Assembly (NCBI GenBank): GCA_951406725.2
Contig: OX597819.1
Span: forward strand, 35,774,001-35,838,000
Source of the DNA: Octopus vulgaris
Lineage: Eukaryota
DNA length: 64,000 bases
Reading direction: 5' to 3'
Part shown: one piece after another, positions 56,130-64,000 of the stretch
How the letters are laid out: the number at the start of each line of letters is the position of its first letter
Position numbering within the stretch: position 1 is the stretch's first letter
Translations under genes and position numbers: made by a program
The notes under the pieces: model-generated
What the model was told of the DNA's origin: nothing
Seen by the model: the letters and a program-made list of their open reading frames with translations, nothing else
Databases searched by the model: none

Positions 56130-56500
56130 AAACATGACAGAACGTGCAAGTTTAAGATTTGATATAATTGTCCTTTGAGTAACCAATGCCTCCAGGCTCA
56201 TATTGTATATAAATGTTCGATTTGGGCACCTGATAAAGCGTACAATTATATCAGTGCTACAGCATCACAATAAAAATCAAGATGGAGTACATCATTTGCA
56301 AAATTTATTTGGGCACTTAAAGACAGGAATATTGATTACTTTATTTCATGATCAATCAAGCAGACAGCATTTCCACTTAAAGGGGTAAAAGAAATTATGA
56401 TTTATATTGCATGGAGGAACTTGAAATCCTAAGATGTAAGTCTGGACAAATCAATCCATTGTTCATGCCAATTCAGTAAAACCTTTTTAAAGAATCCATT
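56130..56500 (+). pseudogene. Penelope-like element GIY-YIG endonuclease relic
   Basis: NCPLSNQCLQAHIVYKCSI...YNYISAT...KSR..TSFAKFIWALKDRNIDYFIS*SI...(frameshift) LCMEELEIL resembles the PLE CPL..C..IVY..YIG and C-terminal C..C motifs. Confidence 0.65.
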
Positions 56501-58015
56501 CTTTAAAAACTTATGTAGTATAGGAAATTATAAAATAAGAGATACACTTTGATCGATAGCATTTCAATTTTCACTGTTATTCTTCTTCTTCTTTGATCTC
56601 GCCTCACTTATAAGTCCTGTTACCCTTTTATCCTTCATAAAAGTATTGACCGTTTCTGAAATATTAATCATCCATTTGTCTTAATGATATCCGTTTCAGT
56701 TTTTATGTTACTTGTATAACTATTTACTGATTCAGTACATGGTAATAATTTTATTTATTTTAATATCATTTTATTTTCATTTTATTATATTATGTTATAT
56801 TATTGTTTTATTATATATTGAGTATAATTTGACTTGGTGTTGCGTGAACATTAATTGGTCCCTTTAACTGTATGTCTCTACTCTTATCTTTCTATTCCTC
56901 AATTTTACTATTCTTCATAACTCACTTCATACATTTTCCTATCTCTTTCTCTCTTCCTCATTCTCTTGTTTCTTATCTTTCTAGTTATTATTGGCTCACA
57001 CATCCATCCTAATTAAGGACTCTCTGTAAATATCGTTGCATTTATTGCTACCCAAATTCTTCCCTGCTTAGATAAAGTACCTCATTGTCCATCTTATATC
57101 TTAACTAAGCTATTGTCAATAGCTTCACAATCGATTTTATCTAGTAGCATTCATGCTTTTCTTATTTCTTTATTGCCCACAGGGGGCTAAACATAGAGGG
57201 GACAAACAAGGACAGACAAACGGATTAAGTTGATTACATCGGCCCCAGTTCATAACTGGTACTTAATTTATCGACCCCGAAAGGATGAAAGTCAAAGTCG
57301 ACCTCAGCGGAATTTGAACTCAAAATGTAACGGCAGACGAAATACCGCTAAGCATTTCGCCTGGCATGTTAACACTTCTGCCAGCTCGCCACCTTTTCTG
57401 TCATTTATGCTTTTCTGTCTATTCAATCCTTTATTCTGTACCTTTCTCTAGCCACGTCAGTATTTTTTTCCTCCCAATGACATTATATGACCATCCCTGT
57501 GATTGCAATCTTTGCAGAAATTCATTGTGTTGTTTGAAGGCCTTGATGAAATGACAGGATTGGGGTTCATTTAATATTACATGAAGTTGCCTGATCATTG
57601 TTCCTATTTGTCCAGTATGTATGATTTAGCTACCCTCCATATCATTGAAATGATTGTAACCAGATAATGAATGTAGTACCAATATCTTCATTCATTTATT
57701 TGTCCTTTGTTATGTTCTGCAAATGATGAAAGTTCTTGAATTTTTATTTTGTGTGGAACACTTTGGCTTTACTGAATTGTTTTTCATCACATAAACTAAG
57801 AGTTTACATGCGTGCTAGCTGAGCTGATCACTCGTATTTCATTTATTTCCTTTACATATTACATACATACATACATACATACATATATTTATATATATGC
57901 ATGTATATATGTATGTATATATGTTTGTTTGTTTGTTTGTGTGTGTGTGTGTGTGTGTGTATACATACTTACTATGTATGTATGTATATATATATATACA
58001 TGTATTTGTGTGTAT

Positions 58016-58299
58016 GGAGGGCCAGTTTTAAGCTAATTAGACAGGTTTGTTCAAATTGAACCCTACACCAAGAGAGGCCCTTCCCCCCCCCCACACACAT
58101 ACACTCGAGCAGAGGGCACTATGTTGAATTTTTAGTATATCATTGTGGCTAATGGTGAAGCCTCAAGCTTTCAATGCTTTTGGGCTGGGACTGGTAGACT
58201 ACATGAAGCATAACGCATCAAATCTTCAGGTTTTGTAGAGTAGAGAGCCCCAACTCACAATTCTCTAACTGGGCCTCACAGTTTCTAGTGCCAGCCCTG
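58016..58299. mobile_element. Possible hAT-like MITE
   Basis: Degenerate termini gagggccagt / gccagccctg. Confidence 0.35.
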
Positions 58300-58524
58300 T
58301 ATGTATGTATACAGTTTCCATGTACCAAATCCACTCACAAGGCTTTGGTTTGATTGGGTCTATAATTGGAGATACTTGCCCAAGTTGTCTCACAGTGTTA
58401 CTGATGACAGATGATCATAGATGAACCTAATGAGACATGCTAAAACGAGTATACAGATCTTTCTTATATCATACCCTACTGCCTTAAAAAAGGGGGGGGA
58501 TATTGTTTAATGTATTTCTAAATA

Positions 58525-59122
58525 CATCTTTATATATATATAAAGCTGAAGTTGTCTGTGTGTGGCAGGTTTGGTAGCCTTCAACTAACACTATCTCCTC
58601 CGAGACCCTGCGGCACAAGTTGACCAAAATTGAGTGTATGATAGAAGAAGGCTTGCTCTTCCTTCCGTAGAAGAAAAAAAATTCAAATCGGACCATGTTA
58701 ACACCAAAAATCATTTACGTCAAAAAGGTGCTTTTTTTCTATGAAAATCTCTCTATATATAAAGTTGTCTGTGTATGGCAGGTTTGTTAGCCTTCAACTA
58801 ACACTATCTCCTCTGAGACACTGCGGCACAAGTTGACCAAAATTGAGGGTATGACAGAAGAAGGCTTGCTCTTCATTCCGTAGAATATAAAATTCAAATT
58901 GGACTATGTTAACACCAAAAAAAAGGTGCTTTTTTTCTATGAAAATCCCTGTTTTATACGATTTTTTGACTGCTGTGTCACCATTTTTCGGTGTATTTCA
59001 ACCAGAAAAATGTTCACTTAAAGATAATAACAAGCTACATAATGTAAAATTTTTACTTTTCAAAAATTCCAATTCTAAAGGGTCGAAACAAACCCAAGCA
59101 ACACCGGGCAATACTACTAGTT
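58525..59122 (-). mobile_element. Helitron-like element with ~200-bp internal tandem duplication
   Basis: Reverse-strand 5' hairpin gcccggtgttgcttgggt, as at 21907; ~58535-58750 is repeated at ~58752-58945. Confidence 0.55.
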
Positions 59123-59820
59123 ATATCTAAAAAGAAGATGGAATGGTTCTTGACTGCAATGCTTTTAAAGCTGGATTCTTGGCTTAAACAACAACAACAA
59201 CATGAGTATAGGTAAATTGATGTTAACATAAAGCATGGACCTCAAAATGCAATTAGAATAAATAGACAGAATAAATTAGAATAAATTAGAATAAATAAAC
59301 AGAAAAGATGCGTTAGCTAATATTATTTTAATCAATTTGGCAAGTTGGGGAGACAACTACAGATATGTTTCTGTATTATTTTACCCTTTCAGCAAAGCAT
59401 AAATTTCTCTGTAGTTATCAAAACATTGATAACAGAATCACTAAATAGATGTACAATATTGAACTAATGTATGCACTAACAATCAGTGCATTACAACACT
59501 CATTACTTGCTTAACAAATACTAAAGGAGAAAAATTTTGATAGTAAACACCAAGAACCAACTGAAAAAAGAATATCATAGCTAGGAAAGAGAAATATTTC
59601 CTTCTCTATAAACAAGTTCTTTCCTCATTTTGGGTAAATATAAAAATAGTTTTTCTTTTGAAAGTTAATTTCCTAACTGAATAGGAGAGACTATAATCTT
59701 CTCCATAAAACTGATAACACTATCCATTTTTCATGCTCATAATGGGTCTTCTTATCTAAAACTACACATCCTATCCCTTTGGTAGATAATGTTTATCATA
59801 TGACAGTTTTGAAGGCACTG

Positions 59821-59941
<121 letters not shown>

Positions 59942-59984
59942 CATATATATATACATATATACAGATATATATATATATAAATAA

Positions 59985-60017
<33 letters not shown>

Positions 60018-60051
60018 TACAGATATATATATATATATATATATATAATGT

Positions 60052-60096
<45 letters not shown>

Positions 60097-60739
60097 CATA
60101 CATACATACATACATACATACATACATACATACATACATACATACATACATACATACATGTAAATATAAATGTGTGTGTGTGTGTGAGTGTCTATTAACA
60201 TTTTCCTTTACTGGTTTTAATTTGCATTGCAAAATAAACCAAATCAGTAACCAGGAAACAACTTTATCAACACCAGATTCTCTCTTTTCTGTACTTAGTC
60301 ATAAAAATGATTAAAAAAAACAACAAAAAACAATCAAGGGGTTTCGTATGCATGTGTGAGTGAAAGTGAAAGGGTACATGTGTTGAGCCGGTAATTATTC
60401 TCTTGTCTCCTTTGAAATTCTATGTGTTGGCTACTTCTCTTATTTAGGGAGGGGAAAATCATGTGCAAAGAAGAAAGAAAGTAAAAACGAAAAACGTCAG
60501 TTGTCTTAATGAGAATTATAAAAACATGAATTTTATAGTTACCCTTATGATACTTTGAAAATGCCTCGTAGATTTTGCAGCTACTAATAAATTATATCTG
60601 ATAACTCACTAAATTATCTTGTTATCTAAAAAATAGCTGAGTAGTCTGTGTGTAGAAGTGATGAAGATAATGAATACTGTGCCTAAATTATTTAACATGA
60701 AATACTAGAACTGCTAAACAGTATAAAACAGGGATGATG

Positions 60740-60808
<69 letters not shown>

Positions 60809-60900
60809 ATCTATCTATCTATCTATTTATCTATCTATCTTTCTAATTTACATGTATGTATATATTTGTAATTATATATGTATATATATATGTGTGTATG

Positions 60901-60950
<50 letters not shown>

Positions 60951-61078
60951 CAGCCGAAATTGCAAAGATGATCCGGTTCTTGACTGATGACTGAGGGCTT
61001 CGAATGTCCCGTCCTGTTGTTCTTTTGTCGTCTTCTAGGTGTTTCACGTTCTTGTCCCAGTTTGTATATATTTTTTAC

Positions 61079-61175
<97 letters not shown>

Positions 61176-61204
61176 CACACATATATATATGTATATATAT
61201 GTGT

Positions 61205-61237
<33 letters not shown>

Positions 61238-61238
<1 letters not shown>

Positions 61239-61610
61239 TATAGAGATGTACTTGCATAGCAAGTGATTTGATCTGAGATCGTGTGCTGAAACGAAAACAA
61301 TTGCAGCGTGGAAGGTATTTGTAAGCCATTTAAGAAACACACAAAAGCCGTTCGATTCACTTCAACATTTAAGTTTAATTTGTCAAAATACTTTTGTCGC
61401 TTTAAGACCGCGACCTGTTCCAGTGAACAGGTCGCGGTCTTAAAGCGACAAAAATATTTTGACAAATTAAACTTAAATGTTGAAGTGGTGAACAGGTCAC
61501 GGTCTTAAAGCGACGAAAATATTTTGACAAATTAAACTTAAATGTTGAAGTGAATCGAACAGCTTTTGTGTGTTTCTTAAATGGCTTAAAAACACCTTCC
61601 ATGCTGTAAT
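61238..61610. mobile_element. Fold-back element in (TA)n with two tandem G3-C8 hammerhead-like cores
   Basis: Left arm 61238-61420 versus right arm 61425-61610; GTGAACA at 61423 and 61488; GAAA at 61515. Confidence 0.8.
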
Positions 61611-61798
61611 TATATATATATATATAGATTGCTAGCCACTAAACCGTTTTCTACTTTTTCTCCCTTTTTATTTCTGTTTCTTTCAAGCAAGAGCGTAGGC
61701 TTGAAACATAAAAGACTTTCTCACTTCCCAAGCGTGAAACCATTAAATTTGTTTGTTGTTTACTCACCCGTCTTCATCTTTTGTTTTTTTGTAAATTC

Positions 61799-61866
<68 letters not shown>

Positions 61867-61944
61867 TGTATATATATATGTATATATATGTATGTATGTG
61901 TATATATATATGTATGTATGTATGTATATATATATTTATATATT

Positions 61945-61987
<43 letters not shown>

Positions 61988-62671
61988 CATTGAACAAATC
62001 AATACATCTACATTTAAGCTTCTATCATGTTTCCTCTCCAGTTTTAGTTTTATTCTAAACTTGTTTTACATATTTATACACCCACACAGTCAAGAGCTGT
62101 AACACTGGAGACAGAAATATCTACCATAATATTGTTTCAACAGGGAAAACATTAAAATCACAGCATCTAACCAAGAGCTTTATAATTTGTTTTATAACGA
62201 AAACATGTTTGATTTTCACAATAAGTTTGAATCAGAAACTGCATTAAGTACAGAAATTGGGAGTCACAGAAACAATTATTCTTGCTATATTTTGTCAGAA
62301 ATTTTCTGTTACTTTCGGGCTTTTGAAATGTTAAATGCTTTCAAGTGTTACAAATGGACAAAAAAAAAAAAGAAAGAAAAAGAAAAAAACTCCCTGGGAA
62401 AATAATGGAAAAATATGATTTAGATGAAATAATAATAAAGTGTGGGAAATCATTTAAGTTATTTACAGAATACGCAAGAGCTATGTGAAGTAATTTTTAG
62501 GGGGTGGGGAAGAAAAAGAAAAGAAAGAAATATCTTTTGAGGGTTTGATTCTGAATATGACTAAGGAATGAAATATATTTGTGATGCTATGTTTGTGTTT
62601 CCTTTCTCCCCATGTATCTCTTCAGGTCATATTCGCATTAAGAAAGTTATGAATTATGTCCCATACATACA

Positions 62672-62708
<37 letters not shown>

Positions 62709-62809
62709 GTATAATATATATATGTATATATATATATATATATATATAAGTACCGTCAAATCGTCCAACCCTTGCTAGCATGGGAAGCGGACATTAAACA
62801 ATGATGATG

Positions 62810-62840
<31 letters not shown>

Positions 62841-63055
62841 GCCTGCTCGCTTAGCCAGCGGAGTGGCGTGAGCGATGCTAAAAGCAGGCGCGGTGCGATT
62901 GTAAAGCAACAAATGAATATGAAATTAATCATGGAATAACATTTCGTCGGATCTGAAATATGTAAGTAAAATATGTAAATAAAAACGCGCGCGCACAAAC
63001 ACATTTGTGCATTCACACACGCATAGATGTACATAAATGGGTATATATGAGTGTA

Positions 63056-63099
<44 letters not shown>

Positions 63100-63228
63100 T
63101 GAGGAGTCCCTCAATATAATATAAATGAATATTTTCAAAGAGGAAGAATTTACGGATTTTTTCTCTTACGAGGTTTTTCACGCTGGCTACTGATAATTTC
63201 TTTTAAAGATTTTATCCTCAATTGTTAA

Positions 63229-63318
<90 letters not shown>

Positions 63319-63339
63319 GTGTGTGTGTGTGTGTGTGTG

Positions 63340-63871
63340 TCACGTAATCACGTGACCGACTAGGCTATCAGATGTTGTTACACATCGCTGGTCACATTGT
63401 TTTAGCCTTCAAACGAGGCCGCTGGCTAAGTGAGTAGGCCAACAGAAGAAAGAGAGTGAGAGAAAGTTGTAGCGAAAGAGTACGGCAGGGATCGCCGACC
63501 ACCCCCTGCCGGAGCTTCGTGGAGCTTTAGGTGTTTTCGCTAAATAAACACACAACAGCCGGTCTGGAAATTATAACCTATTTCTTTATTGCCCACAAGG
63601 GGCTAAACATAGAGGGGACAAACAAGGACAGACAAACGGATTAAGTCGATTATATCGACCCCAGTGCGTAACTGGTACTTTATTTATCGACCCCGAAAGG
63701 CTGAAAGGCAAAGTCGACCTCGGCGGAATTTGAATTCAGAACGTAACGGCAGACGAAATACCGCTAAGCATTTCGCCCGGCGTGCTAACGATTCTGCCAG
63801 CTCGCCGCCTTGCTCGTCTGGAAATTATAACCGCGAGTCCGCTGCCCTAACCACTGGGCCATTGCGCCTCC
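63340..63871 (-). mobile_element. Family 3-type SINE with nested family 1 SINE
   Basis: Nested copy ~63579-63810 with TSD gtctggaaattataacc. Confidence 0.85.
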
Positions 63872-63897
63872 ACACACACACACACACACATATATAT

Positions 63898-63947
<50 letters not shown>

Positions 63948-64000
63948 ATATATATGGATATATCCATATATATAGATATATCCATATATATATATATGGA

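Noticed and set aside
60950-61010. CTGATGA at 60984 as a hammerhead core
   Set aside because: It arises from a short gactga duplication; there is no convincing stem II, GAAA or stem I, and the related copy near 30300-30430 lacks it.

Overview
AT-rich, microsatellite-dense eukaryotic DNA, most likely octopus or another coleoid cephalopod (my inference from the tRNA-derived SINE families and repeat landscape). I can support no host protein-coding exon; nearly all track ORFs are microsatellite or repeat read-throughs. The window is a mosaic of transposable elements: dozens of SINEs, a near full-length Ty3/Gypsy element (45411-49892), an internally deleted relative (330-2906) and a third 5' fragment. 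It also holds RTE and R4/Dong LINE relics, Tc1/mariner relics, MITEs, Helitron-like elements and a Penelope GIY-YIG relic. The main signal is a set of sequence-distinct, non-coding fold-back or tandem elements, mostly embedded in (TA)n/(TAA)n tracts, each carrying a type I hammerhead ribozyme (HHR) fold. Across families the core 3-8 tertiary pair appears as C-G (CUGAnGA), G-C (GUGAACA) and U-A (UUGAAAA). Several also share an extra purine after A9, a minimal palindromic stem III and an N-U-U cleavage site. All folds were read by eye, coordinates are approximate, and activity is untested.
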